Shown piece by piece: positions 10,047-19,709 of a stretch of 54,289 bases of DNA. The notes beneath the pieces are model-generated. The model searched no databases. It was not told the DNA's origin and was given only the letters and a program-made list of their open reading frames with translations. Every line of letters begins with the position of its first letter. Position 1 is the first letter of the stretch. The translations under genes were made by a program, and so were the position numbers. The DNA comes from Minisyncoccota bacterium (GTDB lineage Bacteria > Patescibacteriota > Minisyncoccia > 2-02-FULL-40-12 > GWA2-44-9): positions 1 to 54,289 of the forward strand of contig JAGOPO010000003.1 of assembly GCA_017992005.1 (NCBI GenBank), given 5' to 3'.

Positions 10047-11375
10047 ATGAATATTACATCTATCCTTACCGATTCACGAAAGCTCACCTATATTCTGGGT
10101 GGATCGATCGCGCTCTTGGTTTTTTTGGCGTTTTTATTCGTGCTTTCTAATTCGCTTGGCAATAGCACGGCCACATCTGCCGACCTGGTGGTGTGGGGGG
10201 TGTTTGATGATGCGGCAGCGTTTCAAGAGTCTATCAGTGTATTTGAGCGTGCCAATAAGGGTATTAAAGTTTCGTACAAAATGTTTAATCCACAGGAGTA
10301 TGAGCGGGCGGTGCTCAATGCGCTCGCAGCTGGAACGGGTCCAGATGTGTGGATGATTCATCATACGTGGCTTCCTAAGCACGCGGACAAACTCATCCCC
10401 ATGCCAGCGGTTGCACCGGGACAAAAGGGACCCCTCATGACGCTTCGTCAGTATCAGGAACTGTTTGTGGATGTTGCGCAACAGGATCTCGTCGTTGGGG
10501 GCAAGATTTACGGGATGCCATTGTATGTCGATACTCTCGCGCTCTACTACAACAAGGATATATTTGCGTCTACGGGTATTGCACAGCCACCTGAGACATG
10601 GGCGACCTTTTTGGACGACGTAAAGAAGATTACAACCTATGATGACAGTAGAAATATCACACGTTCTGCTGCTGCGTTGGGGACGGCGCGTAATATCAAT
10701 CGCGCAACGGATATCTTGATGATGCTTATGTTGCAATCCGGTGTGCGGATGACGGATGCGGATAATACGCAAGCCTCATTCGCACGAGCTGTCGACGGAA
10801 CACCAGTAGGGGAAAACACACTACAATTCTTTACTGATTTTTCCAATCCCCAACGAGTATCATACACGTGGAACGGTTCGATGGATTATTCGTTTGATGC
10901 TTTTGTGGCGGGCACAACAGCGATGATGATAAACTATGAACATCAAGCCCCCGCGCTACGAAAGGCGGCACCACGACTTAACTGGGCCGTGGCTCCCGTT
11001 CCACAAGCATCAACTGCTGATGTGCGCACGTTTGCGAACTACTGGCCACTTGTTGTTTCCGCAAAAACAAAGTCACCAGATGCGGCGTGGAGCTTTGTGC
11101 ACTATATGACTGCGGGCGACGGCGCGCTTGCGTATCTGAATGCATCAGGACGGCCTGCGGCTCGCAAGGATCTCATCGAACAGCAGAAGTCGGATCCCGA
11201 TCGAGGGGTGTTTGCTGAGCAGGCGCTATCTGCGCGTTCGTGGTATCAGATTGACTCGGCAGCGATAGAGACAATTTTTGCCGAGATGATTGATGGTGTG
11301 AATCTTGGAAAACAAACAATATCACAGGCTTTGAAGGCCGCAGATGCGCGTGTGTCTGTGTTGATGTCGCGCTAA
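10047..11375 (+). CDS. Extracellular solute-binding protein (ABC sugar-binding family 1-like) with N-terminal TM anchor
   Basis: MNITSILTD..LLVFLAFLFVL forms the anchor, and the length and sequence are SBP-like. The track ORF start at 9888 would overlap the methyltransferase. Confidence 0.8.
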   Translation: MNITSILTDSRKLTYILGGSIALLVFLAFLFVLSNSLGNSTATSADLVVWGVFDDAAAFQESISVFERANKGIKVSYKMFNPQEYERAVLNALAAGTGPDVWMIHHTWLPKHADKLIPMPAVAPGQKGPLMTLRQYQELFVDVAQQDLVVGGKIYGMPLYVDTLALYYNKDIFASTGIAQPPETWATFLDDVKKITTYDDSRNITRSAAALGTARNINRATDILMMLMLQSGVRMTDADNTQASFARAVDGTPVGENTLQFFTDFSNPQRVSYTWNGSMDYSFDAFVAGTTAMMINYEHQAPALRKAAPRLNWAVAPVPQASTADVRTFANYWPLVVSAKTKSPDAAWSFVHYMTAGDGALAYLNASGRPAARKDLIEQQKSDPDRGVFAEQALSARSWYQIDSAAIETIFAEMIDGVNLGKQTISQALKAADARVSVLMSR

Positions 11376-11384
11376 CGATACTCA

Positions 11385-12542
11385 ATGAAAGGATTACGTT
11401 TACTTTTACTCTTCATAGCGATTACCGGGTTGGCCCTTGGGCCTACGGTGGTTTCTGCTGCTGATTTTCTTCCCATCGTAAAATGCGGAGCAACAGGGCA
11501 GGCGCCATGTACGCCGTGCGATATTTTTGGATCGCTCAAGAATATTATCGATTTTATTCTCAAGGGGGTTACGGGTCCGGTCGCTGCGTTTATGATTGTC
11601 TATTCTGGCGGCATGATGCTTCTGGGTGGGGGAAAGCCCGAACTCTATAGTGAGGGCAAGAAAATGCTCACGAACACACTTATTGGTGTCACGATCATTC
11701 TGCTCGCGTGGGTGGTGACTAATTTTTTGATTCGCGCACTCATGCCGGGAGTATCGACGGGCACGTCGTGGTTTGAGTTTTCGTGTCCTGCGAGCTTATC
11801 TGCTATCGCACCAATCGACACGACGCTACCAAGTCCAGTCCCCAGTACAGCGGCTGGCGGCTCTACTCCTGCTGCGCCCCCGACCACGAAGCCTTCGTAT
11901 GCGGGTATCTCGTGCCCAATTAGTAACAAGATAAATACATGCAGCACAGACTATGCGTGCCAAGGATGTCCAGAGTATAGAAATGCTGGATATTTCACAA
12001 AATATGGTGCCGACGCGAGAATCCTCGAGGCCATCATGGCAGTGGAGTCCTCCTGCGGAGCGCAACTTAAGAGCCCTGCGGGCGCTTATGGCGTCATGCA
12101 GTTATTGCCAGCCGTGGCGAATAAGCACGTGCAACAATGCCAGATTTACAAGTTAGGAGATGATGGGCAGCCAATGCGAAATACAAAAACAGGAAAATTT
12201 GTGTACGAGACCATTACTCCTGCGTGGTTGCTAAATAAAAATAACTTCGAAAAAAGTGTTTGCTTGGCAGCGATGGAGGTGCGCGCGATCAAGGGTATGT
12301 GCAACAACGATATTCGAAATATTGCCGCTGGATATAATGCCGGACCCGGATGGTGCAAGATTAGCAAGGACTGTGCACAAATGCCGAGCTGTGGGGGTGG
12401 TGTGATGCGCGCCTGGGAGTGTCCATGGGATAACGCAACGCACACTGTATGTAACGAAACCCGCAATGGTGGGGGGCTCATTGAAACGAAGCGATACGCA
12501 CCGAAGGTCGCAACGCTAGCAACCTGCGCAAATCCAAAATGA
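11385..12542 (+). CDS. Fusion of a VirB2/TrbC-like pilin module with a lytic transglycosylase (SLT) domain
   Basis: A signal peptide is followed by two hydrophobic helices around a charged loop, then a Pro/Thr linker. The C-terminal part carries AIMAVESSCG...YGVMQLLP (SLT catalytic Glu-Ser and the GLMQ-type motif). Confidence 0.7.
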   Translation: MKGLRLLLLFIAITGLALGPTVVSAADFLPIVKCGATGQAPCTPCDIFGSLKNIIDFILKGVTGPVAAFMIVYSGGMMLLGGGKPELYSEGKKMLTNTLIGVTIILLAWVVTNFLIRALMPGVSTGTSWFEFSCPASLSAIAPIDTTLPSPVPSTAAGGSTPAAPPTTKPSYAGISCPISNKINTCSTDYACQGCPEYRNAGYFTKYGADARILEAIMAVESSCGAQLKSPAGAYGVMQLLPAVANKHVQQCQIYKLGDDGQPMRNTKTGKFVYETITPAWLLNKNNFEKSVCLAAMEVRAIKGMCNNDIRNIAAGYNAGPGWCKISKDCAQMPSCGGGVMRAWECPWDNATHTVCNETRNGGGLIETKRYAPKVATLATCANPK

Positions 12543-13150
12543 AATATTTAATATCAATATTTTTTGCGTCTGCGATGCTTATGCCCTCATTTGCGTACGC
12601 GGAGAGTCTTTCCTATGATGAGGCGTATGGTAATTATTTGTACCAGTTTCACTTGAGTCTCTCAGGCGCAACCCTTACTAGTAATGAGATCTACGATATT
12701 TTGACCGGTGATGCGCCAGCGATTCCTCGAGGCGACTGGACGGTGGTGGTCACCAATAGCCGAGGAGAGAAGCTGTCGACGCAATTCTTTGACGCGACGA
12801 AGCTTTCAGCTCAAGGCGGAGACTTTACCATTCCGTATCAAAATAGCGGAACAGAGGCGATTTTTAAAAACAGTGCTGGCGTTAACGCTCTCGCTGTTGA
12901 TTTAACGGGCAGTAGGGTGTGCGATGATAATGGAGCATGCTACGCAGACGCAGGAGAGAACTCTTATAACTGTCCCGGTGACTGTGGGGCTGTAGCAGCG
13001 CAGCCTGCGCTGCAAATGGCCACCGTTGGTGCTCAGTTTCCGCTGTCGAGCAGGATTGGGGAGGTTGTGATGAAGCTGGCATTCGGGGCAGCGGGTATTC
13101 TCATGATCACAGGTATTGCGCAGTCGCTGGACAGGCGTCGAAGGGCATAG
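12539..13150 (+). CDS. Secreted protein with C-terminal TM anchor
   Basis: ATGA coupling to the upstream gene. Signal peptide MKYLISIFFASAMLMPSFAYA and a C-terminal hydrophobic helix followed by RRRRA. Confidence 0.6.
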   Translation: MKYLISIFFASAMLMPSFAYAESLSYDEAYGNYLYQFHLSLSGATLTSNEIYDILTGDAPAIPRGDWTVVVTNSRGEKLSTQFFDATKLSAQGGDFTIPYQNSGTEAIFKNSAGVNALAVDLTGSRVCDDNGACYADAGENSYNCPGDCGAVAAQPALQMATVGAQFPLSSRIGEVVMKLAFGAAGILMITGIAQSLDRRRRA

Positions 13151-13164
13151 GATAATGACGTGAC

Positions 13165-13437
13165 ATGGCCTCCTACTCTATTGTTAATCCCCTTGGTGTT
13201 GATAATCTAGAAGATATTTTTAAGTTACTCAGTGGGCGCTTGCTTGATGTTGTGATTCCGATTGCTGTGTTGCTGTATGTGTATGCTGGCTTTCTATTGC
13301 TTACCGCAGCAGGGGACACCACAAAGGTGAAAACAGCAAAGGATACTTTTCAGAATACCTCATTAGGGCTACTGGTTATTTTGATTGGAGCTGGTTTCGT
13401 GGACCTTATTCGTAGCATCCTCAATGCGACTACCTAG
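13165..13437 (+). CDS. Small VirB2/TrbC-like pilin paralog 1
   Basis: Helix, charged loop (TAAGDTTKVKTAKDTFQN), then helix. Confidence 0.6.
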   Translation: MASYSIVNPLGVDNLEDIFKLLSGRLLDVVIPIAVLLYVYAGFLLLTAAGDTTKVKTAKDTFQNTSLGLLVILIGAGFVDLIRSILNATT

Positions 13438-13732
13438 TAAGCTATTCTCAGGAGTGACACTTACGGCTGCGGGGAGCAGTGGCTTTACCTACGATAAGCT
13501 CATTGCGATTCTCAATAATCTCGGGGATATGCTTCGCGCTTTTGGGCTGACGCTGGCAACAGCAGTAGTGGTGTATTATGGATTTCAGATGGCGCTTTCA
13601 CGAGGCGATGCTGCAAAGTTTACGAAGGCCAAAGAGCACCTCATGATAGCTGCGCTGGGGGTCGCGATTATATTTGGCATCGATACCATCATCGCAACTG
13701 TTCGATATCTTGCGGACACACTTACAAACTAA
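13424..13732 (+). CDS. Small VirB2/TrbC-like pilin paralog 2
   Basis: VVVYYGFQMALSRGDAAKFTKAKEHLMIAALGVAIIFG. The start is uncertain; the track ORF starts at 13385. Confidence 0.55.
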   Translation: MRLPSKLFSGVTLTAAGSSGFTYDKLIAILNNLGDMLRAFGLTLATAVVVYYGFQMALSRGDAAKFTKAKEHLMIAALGVAIIFGIDTIIATVRYLADTLTN

Positions 13733-13753
13733 TTTTCTGGTATACTTATTGCT

Positions 13754-14101
13754 ATGAAACTCAAGCGCATATTCTCATTGCAAGCTGCAGCGTTTGTCGT
13801 TTTCTTAGCCGCTTCGTCGATAGCATTAGCTGCTGGCGAGGCCTTAACACTAGAGAAGGTAGTTGGTCTTATAACTGATTCCATTAATCTTCTTATTGGA
13901 CTCGCAGTTACGGTAACGATTGGTATTCTTATTTACGGGGGTTTTCAGATGGCGTATTCGAGGGGGGTGCAAAAAGATTTCGATGTGGGTAAAGAGACTA
14001 TTAAAAATGCATCCATCGGTCTATTAGTCATATTGGGCGTTGGAATAATAATCGCTACAATAAGTAGCTTCGCGCAGAATCCATCGAGTATTGTGCGCTA
14101 G
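13754..14101 (+). CDS. Small VirB2/TrbC-like pilin paralog 3
   Basis: Signal peptide ...ALAAGE, then ILIYGGFQMAYSRGVQKDFDVGKETIKNASIGLLVILG. Confidence 0.65.
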   Translation: MKLKRIFSLQAAAFVVFLAASSIALAAGEALTLEKVVGLITDSINLLIGLAVTVTIGILIYGGFQMAYSRGVQKDFDVGKETIKNASIGLLVILGVGIIIATISSFAQNPSSIVR

Positions 14102-14116
14102 AAGGGGGGTGCAACT

Positions 14117-14473
14117 ATGAAAAAAATAAAACAATATATTTCAGTATTGGGAACATCATTGTTAACGACAGTAACCGCGCATGCTGCGCAGTTGGAGCTT
14201 CCTAAGGCGCCTCAAACAAATGCCGCTGCCGGACTTACGGGGCAGGGCGTTGTTGATATTATAACGCAGTTTGTTAACTTGCTTGTCGGTGTTAGCACGG
14301 TAATTGCAGTGGGCGTGTTCGTGTACGGTGCAATTTTATTCACGGTGCTCGACAAGGCAGATGATGGTAAGACGAAGATGAAGAATGCAGCGTGGGGACT
14401 ACTTGCGATACTAGCGATCGGATTAGGCATAAGAACCATCGCAGATTTTGTCGCGAGAGGACTTACCATTTAA
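14117..14473 (+). CDS. Small VirB2/TrbC-like pilin paralog 4
   Basis: GGGGGG RBS, signal peptide ...VTAHAAQ, then VFVYGAILFTVLDKADDGKTKMKNAAWGLLAILA. Confidence 0.65.
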   Translation: MKKIKQYISVLGTSLLTTVTAHAAQLELPKAPQTNAAAGLTGQGVVDIITQFVNLLVGVSTVIAVGVFVYGAILFTVLDKADDGKTKMKNAAWGLLAILAIGLGIRTIADFVARGLTI

Positions 14474-14501
14474 GAGATCGTATTCATAGCTATGGATAAC
14501 C

Positions 14502-14524
14502 AAAAACCCGCAGAGCGGGTTTTT
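14502..14524. terminator. Bidirectional intrinsic terminator
   Basis: AAAAACCCG-CAGAG-CGGGTTTTT. Confidence 0.8.
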
Positions 14525-14538
14525 GGTTTGTAATCAGT

Positions 14539-14578
14539 CACTCTCTTTCATACATACAGAATATAGAGTGGCCAAGTG
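14539..14578 (-). repeat. Conserved tRNA 3'-flank hairpin element, copy B (core only)
   Basis: CACTCTCTTTCATACATACAGAATATAGAGTGGCCAAGTG abuts the tRNA-Leu discriminator base. Confidence 0.7.
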
Positions 14579-14662
14579 TGCTGGGGAGAGGACTTGAACC
14601 TCCACGGGATTGCTCCCACCAGCTCCTAAGGCTGGCGCGTCTGCCAATTTCGCCACCCCAGC
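14579..14662 (-). tRNA. tRNA-Leu (anticodon UAG), long variable arm
   Basis: Reverse complement GCTGGGGTGGCGAAATTGGCAGACGCGCCAGCCTTAGGAGCTGGTGGGAGCAATCCCGTGGAGGTTCAAGTCCTCTCCCCAGCA. Anticodon loop is CTTAGGA. Confidence 0.9.
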
Positions 14663-14701
14663 GGGGGTAGATGTGTCGCGGACGCATCGTAGCACAGAAA
14701 G

Positions 14702-15106
14702 CTACTTGAGCTCAATCTTGAGGCGCTTGGTCTTGGCTTTCTCGAGGGTCGGGAGGCGAATCGTGAGGATACCATTTTTCATGCTGGCTTTGGCTGCGTC
14801 AGCGTCGACTTCTTCGGGCAAAATGATAGAGCGAGAAAATGGACCCCAGTAGAGCTCCTGATAGTAGTAGCTATTTTGACGGACCTTGGTCTCTGGCTGG
14901 CGCGCGCCCTTGATGGTGACCATGTCATTGAGAATGGTGATGTCGAGGTCCGGTGCGGTCGCGCCTGCAATGGTGGATTGAATAACAATGTCGCCATCAT
15001 CGCGATAGACGTCGACGGTAAGCGAGCCCTCGGTTTGTTCTTGTGGTTCTTTGCGAGCGGATGCTAGCTGTATGTCGAGCTCCTCGTCGTTGGGTATGTA
15101 GGGCAT
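14702..15106 (-). CDS. Hsp20/alpha-crystallin small heat-shock protein
   Basis: Alpha-crystallin domain ending in ...KASMKNGILTIRLP. Confidence 0.9.
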   Translation of the reverse strand: MPYIPNDEELDIQLASARKEPQEQTEGSLTVDVYRDDGDIVIQSTIAGATAPDLDITILNDMVTIKGARQPETKVRQNSYYYQELYWGPFSRSIILPEEVDADAAKASMKNGILTIRLPTLEKAKTKRLKIELK

Positions 15107-15110
15107 GAGA

Positions 15111-15842
15111 TTAGACTATAGTTGGAGTTACGTTCCCGTCTCGTTCTTTCATTTTATCAAACAATGTCGATACCAGAAAGGCCATAGCAATCAACAGGAC
15201 GGTGGAATAGAAGAGACTGGCGGAATGCTGTGCTTGCGAGATGAAGAGATTGAATACCCAGTGAAAGAGCGTGGAGAGTCCGAGTCCAACAATAAAGAGC
15301 GCCTTGCGATGGTCAAAGTAATACCATGCCATAGCGATGAAGTAGCCTAAGAGAGCCGATGAGAGCGCGTGCAGGAGTGTGGCGCCCGCAAAACGGAGAC
15401 CCCAAATACTCAACGTTGCAGAAAAGCCATCGCCGATGACGCGATTGATGACGAGGATATTCTCCATCGCGGCAAAACCCAATGCGGCGGTTAGCATGTA
15501 GATCATTGCATCAACGGGTTCGTCGAAGTCGGGGGAACGAAGAACGACAAAGAAGACGGCGAGATATTTTACGACCTCCTCAACAAATGCTGCCCAGAGA
15601 TAAAACACTGGGCCATTGGTGGCAGTATCTGCGGCAATCCCAAGGAGGCGCGCAGCAAATGACGCAAACATGAGTTGGAGTGCAATGGCGAGGGGAGATA
15701 AGATGATGCCCAATAGCAACACCTTAGTGATGAGTACTTTTGGCTCGGGATGGGAGTCCTTCTGGAGCCAATACCACAACCAAATCAAGCTAGGCAGAAT
15801 TCCTAGGAGAACGAGTAACATATACGGCCCGAGCGAAAACAT
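15111..15842 (-). CDS. PrsW-family intramembrane protease
   Basis: LPSLIWLWYWLQKD..PEP at the N-terminus, then FVEEVVKYLAV (EExxK), FAAMENI and LHALSSALLGY. The start is set after the valS stop. Confidence 0.7.
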   Translation of the reverse strand: MFSLGPYMLLVLLGILPSLIWLWYWLQKDSHPEPKVLITKVLLLGIILSPLAIALQLMFASFAARLLGIAADTATNGPVFYLWAAFVEEVVKYLAVFFVVLRSPDFDEPVDAMIYMLTAALGFAAMENILVINRVIGDGFSATLSIWGLRFAGATLLHALSSALLGYFIAMAWYYFDHRKALFIVGLGLSTLFHWVFNLFISQAQHSASLFYSTVLLIAMAFLVSTLFDKMKERDGNVTPTIV

Positions 15843-15867
15843 TATCCAAAGTATACCACGAAAGACG

Positions 15868-18042
15868 CTAGAGGGTCTTCTGCGGCCACGACTGCACCAT
15901 AAGCATATCGTTGCGTGCCTCGCCAAAAAGGCGACCCCAGATATCTTCGGTGACAAACGGTGCGAATGGGTGAATGAGTTTTAGTGTGTTCGCGAGACAC
16001 CACACGAGGATGTGCTCGGTTGATGATTTGAGTTGTGCATCAGCAAGTTGTGGTTTTGAGGCCTCTAGGTAGACGTCAGCAAGCTCTTTCCAGGTGAATT
16101 GGTAGACCTGATTTGCGGCTTCATGGAGCACATGTCGGTCGAGATTGCTTGTGACATCTGTTATGGTTGTCTCGAGTGCGCTCAAGATGGCGCGATCTGC
16201 GTCGGTGGCTGCGGAGGGTTGTGTCGTTGCGTATGCCTTGAGCTGCTCGACGGGAACTGAAAGTAATACGAATCGGGTGATGTTCCAGAGTTTATTGGCA
16301 AAATGCTTGTAGGCGCGAACTTTGTCTTCTGAGATTCGGCTATCGGTGCCCGGTGTGTTGCCGACGATGAGGGCCATACGTCCTGCGTCGGCGCCAAAGG
16401 TGCGAGCAATATCGATAGGATCGATGCCATTGCCGAGAGACTTGGACATCTTGCGACCTTGGGCATCGCGCACCGTGCCATGAAGATAGACCGTTTTAAA
16501 CGGTATTTGATTGATGGCATAGCCACTCATCAAGATCATGCGAGCAACCCAAAAGAAAATAATCTCGTAGCCTGTCTCGAGGACATCGGTGGGGTGATAT
16601 AGTTTGAGATCGGGAGTCTCATCGGGCCATCCGAGTGTAGAAAACGTCCAGAGGCCTGAGCTGAACCACGTATCAAGCGTGTCGGAGTCTTGTGTCCATC
16701 CATCGCCGGTTGGCTCTTCACCCACGGCGATTTCTTCGCTGCGATACCACACAGGAATGCGGTGGCCATACCAAATCTGACGAGAGATGCACCAGTCACT
16801 CAGGTTGTCGATCCAGTGGAAGTATGTCTTGCCCCAATGCTCAGGAATGATGCGTATGCGTTCATCTGCGACGGGTTGGCGCATGAGCTCTTTGAGGGTC
16901 TTATCGCGAGAGGGTATATTTTTGTTGACATCAATAAACCACTGCAGCTTTGGGAGTGGTTCAACGATGCCGCCGGTGCGTTCCGCTGTGGCCACATTTT
17001 GCTGGATTGGCTCTGCTTTTTCGAGGAGACCCTCTTGGGTAAGCCATGCGACGACCAGCTCGCGCGCCTCAATGACCTTCTTGTCTTTGAGTGGCCCATC
17101 AACAATGATGCGTGCAAATTCATTGATGACCTGCACAACGGGTAGCTGGTGTCGCTGAGCCATCGCCCAGTCGATCATACTGTGTGCTGGGGTGACGCCA
17201 AGTGCGCCTGTGCCAAAGGTGGGGTCCACTTCTTTGTCGGCAATGATTTTGATGTGAAGTGGAGCGCCACAGAAGACAACATCATATTCCTTTCCGATGA
17301 ACTGTTGGTAGCGCTCATCGTCGGGATGTACAGCGACGCCTGTGTCGCCAAGTTTTGTTTCTGGTCGAGTGGTCGCAATAGCAATGGGGAAGTCTTTTGA
17401 GTACTTAAATGTCCAGAGAGTTGCGGGGCGCTGTTCGTGCACGACTTCATCGTCGGAGATCGTTGTTTGCCCTTTTGGATCCCAGTTCACAATGCGATTG
17501 CCGCGATAAATAAGGCCATCATCGTACATGCGCTTAAACATGGTGCGAACGGCGCGATTTCTTGATTCATCAAGCGTGAATGCTTCTCGAGACCAATCAC
17601 ACGAGGCACCCATTACTTTCATTTGCGAGGTGATGGTGGCATGGCTTTCTGCGGCAAATGCCTCAACGCGACGCAGAAGCTCCTCTCGTCCCAAGTCGTG
17701 ACGGGATTTGCCTTCTTGTTTGTAGATATCCTTTTCCACGCGAGATTGGGTTGCGATAGCTGCATGGTCGGTTCCCGGTAGCCAGAGTGTGCGATGGCCT
17801 TTCATGCGAGCATAGCGAACCATCACGTCCTCAATGGTGAGCATGAGTGCGTGTCCCATATGTAAAATTCCCGTCACATTCGGTGGAGGCATCATCACGG
17901 TAAATGGTGTAGCGTCCGACTTGGTGACACCAGCTTCGATACATGTTTCTGGATTAAAAAATCCACTCTCGATCCAGCGCTGATAGATGCGAGGTTCGGT
18001 CGAGGTGGCGTCGTAATTTTTGGGGAGTTCGAGAATAGACAT
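15868..18042 (-). CDS. valS: Valine--tRNA ligase
   Basis: PPPNVTGILHMGHA (HIGH) and KMSKSLGN (KMSKS). The start MSILELPKNYD lies 1 nt after the tsaD stop. Confidence 0.95.
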   Translation of the reverse strand: MSILELPKNYDATSTEPRIYQRWIESGFFNPETCIEAGVTKSDATPFTVMMPPPNVTGILHMGHALMLTIEDVMVRYARMKGHRTLWLPGTDHAAIATQSRVEKDIYKQEGKSRHDLGREELLRRVEAFAAESHATITSQMKVMGASCDWSREAFTLDESRNRAVRTMFKRMYDDGLIYRGNRIVNWDPKGQTTISDDEVVHEQRPATLWTFKYSKDFPIAIATTRPETKLGDTGVAVHPDDERYQQFIGKEYDVVFCGAPLHIKIIADKEVDPTFGTGALGVTPAHSMIDWAMAQRHQLPVVQVINEFARIIVDGPLKDKKVIEARELVVAWLTQEGLLEKAEPIQQNVATAERTGGIVEPLPKLQWFIDVNKNIPSRDKTLKELMRQPVADERIRIIPEHWGKTYFHWIDNLSDWCISRQIWYGHRIPVWYRSEEIAVGEEPTGDGWTQDSDTLDTWFSSGLWTFSTLGWPDETPDLKLYHPTDVLETGYEIIFFWVARMILMSGYAINQIPFKTVYLHGTVRDAQGRKMSKSLGNGIDPIDIARTFGADAGRMALIVGNTPGTDSRISEDKVRAYKHFANKLWNITRFVLLSVPVEQLKAYATTQPSAATDADRAILSALETTITDVTSNLDRHVLHEAANQVYQFTWKELADVYLEASKPQLADAQLKSSTEHILVWCLANTLKLIHPFAPFVTEDIWGRLFGEARNDMLMVQSWPQKTL

Positions 18043-18043
18043 C

Positions 18044-19096
18044 TTAGAGTGTATTGTGCCCGAGTCGGAGGTTGGCGTCCATGTGGCAATCCTGCCACTG
18101 TTGACCCTCGGAATTGGTACGATACGAAAAATATGCGGCCACCGCAATCATGGCCGCGTTATCAGTGGTGTATTTCATTTCGGGAAGCACGCAGCGAATG
18201 GAGAGCTCACCGCAGAGTGTGGTGATGCGGTCACGCAGAAGGGCATTGGCGCTTACACCACCGGAGAGAAGCACCGTAGTCGCATTGTGTGACTGAACGG
18301 CACGTTTTGTTTTTTGCATAAGCACATCAACGGCTGCTTCTTGGAATGAGGCTGCAATATCGGCTTTTTCTGTATCGGTAAGCTCGCGAGTGCCGCTCGT
18401 TAAGTCGCGGATGAGATATAACACCGCAGTTTTGAGTCCGCTGTATGAAAAATTGAAATCCTTTGAATTGAGCATTGGACGGGGTAGTTCGTATGCGTGG
18501 GGATTGCCCGATAGTGCGAGCTTGGAGACCTTGGGACCGCCCGGATAGGAAAGACCGATGAGGCGGGCGACTTTGTCGAACGCTTCACCGGCCGCGTCAT
18601 CGACGGTCTCGCCGATGAGCTCATAGTCGCCATGATCGCGCATGAGCATGATGTCGGTATGACCCCCGGATACAATAAGGTTGAGCGCTGGAAAGGTGAT
18701 TGGATCTGATAGAGGGCTCAACCAATTTGAGTGTACGTGTCCGTCCATATGATCGACGCCGATGAGGGGTTTAGTATGTTTCCATGCAATGGTACGCGCG
18801 AAGGTGAGGCCCACCAGGAGGGCGGGTCCGAGTCCTGGGCCGCGGGTGACTGCAATGGCGTCGATTTGCGATTGCAGGTCGGTGATACCTGCTTCTTTGA
18901 GCGCGGATTCAAACACGGGGCCAATATTGGCGACGTGTTCACGCGCGGCGAGTGCTGGCACCACGCCACCGAATTGTTCATGGAGGGCTATCTGACTGGA
19001 GATAACATTTGAGAGCACGGTAATCTGATCATCGTGAGCTTCGATGACCGAACATGCGGTTTCATCGCAAGATGTTTCTATCGCGACTATCTTCAT
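18044..19096 (-). CDS. tsaD: tRNA N6-adenosine threonylcarbamoyltransferase TsaD
   Basis: MKIVAIETSCDETACSV..., Kae1/Gcp family along its full length. Confidence 0.95.
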   Translation of the reverse strand: MKIVAIETSCDETACSVIEAHDDQITVLSNVISSQIALHEQFGGVVPALAAREHVANIGPVFESALKEAGITDLQSQIDAIAVTRGPGLGPALLVGLTFARTIAWKHTKPLIGVDHMDGHVHSNWLSPLSDPITFPALNLIVSGGHTDIMLMRDHGDYELIGETVDDAAGEAFDKVARLIGLSYPGGPKVSKLALSGNPHAYELPRPMLNSKDFNFSYSGLKTAVLYLIRDLTSGTRELTDTEKADIAASFQEAAVDVLMQKTKRAVQSHNATTVLLSGGVSANALLRDRITTLCGELSIRCVLPEMKYTTDNAAMIAVAAYFSYRTNSEGQQWQDCHMDANLRLGHNTL

Positions 19097-19101
19097 GATT
19101 G

Positions 19102-19176
19102 TAGCCTCGACGGGATTTGAACCCGTGTTACTGGAATGAAAATCCAGCGTCCTAGACCAGGCTAGACGACGAGGCC
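19102..19176 (-). tRNA. tRNA-Glu (anticodon UUC)
   Basis: Reverse complement GGCCTCGTCGTCTAGCCTGGTCTAGGACGCTGGATTTTCATTCCAGTAACACGGGTTCAAATCCCGTCGAGGCTA. Anticodon loop is TTTTCAT. Confidence 0.9.
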
Positions 19177-19264
19177 ATTGACAACTATTTATTTTAGCAG
19201 GTTTTCAAGTAAATTCAAGCAGAAAAAATCCTCCACGAATTTCGTGGAGGAGGTCGAACGAGAA

Positions 19265-19597
19265 CTACTCAGGCGTCTGGGAGCTCGCCGATGTCTTTTT
19301 GGCGCGAAGGAGTTTTCTTCGTGGGGAGCGATTCTTGGGTGTCTGGAAGTCCAACAGCGTCTTCTGAATGTGACAGAGCTTTCGAAGGGCGCGCTTCTCG
19401 TGCTTCGTCAGCTCACCTGCTATTTTGGACTGGGCTTCAATGCCCCTAATGACCACACCAAGAGAAACCGTTAGCACTTCGAATGATGCAGCGTCCATCT
19501 TCTTCCGTGCCCGACGGATTGAGTGGGGGTTCAAATCGAATACGTTGCCGGTGAGTCCTAAGAGAAGGATCGCCGAAGACGCGATTATGTTATTCAT
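19265..19597 (-). CDS. Hypothetical small secreted, basic protein
   Basis: Start MNNIIASSAILLLGLTG with an AAAGGTG RBS. The terminator CCTCCACGAAATTCGTGGAGG plus a U-run lies at 19228-19256. Confidence 0.5.
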   Translation of the reverse strand: MNNIIASSAILLLGLTGNVFDLNPHSIRRARKKMDAASFEVLTVSLGVVIRGIEAQSKIAGELTKHEKRALRKLCHIQKTLLDFQTPKNRSPRRKLLRAKKTSASSQTPE

Positions 19598-19709
19598 GGA
19601 ACACCTTTCTGGAAATGTACGAAGAGCCAATACTATACCACAAGCAAAACTACCCGGCAAGGATGGTCGATTATGGGGAGGAGTGTATGGCGTGGTACCA
19701 TATAGGCAT

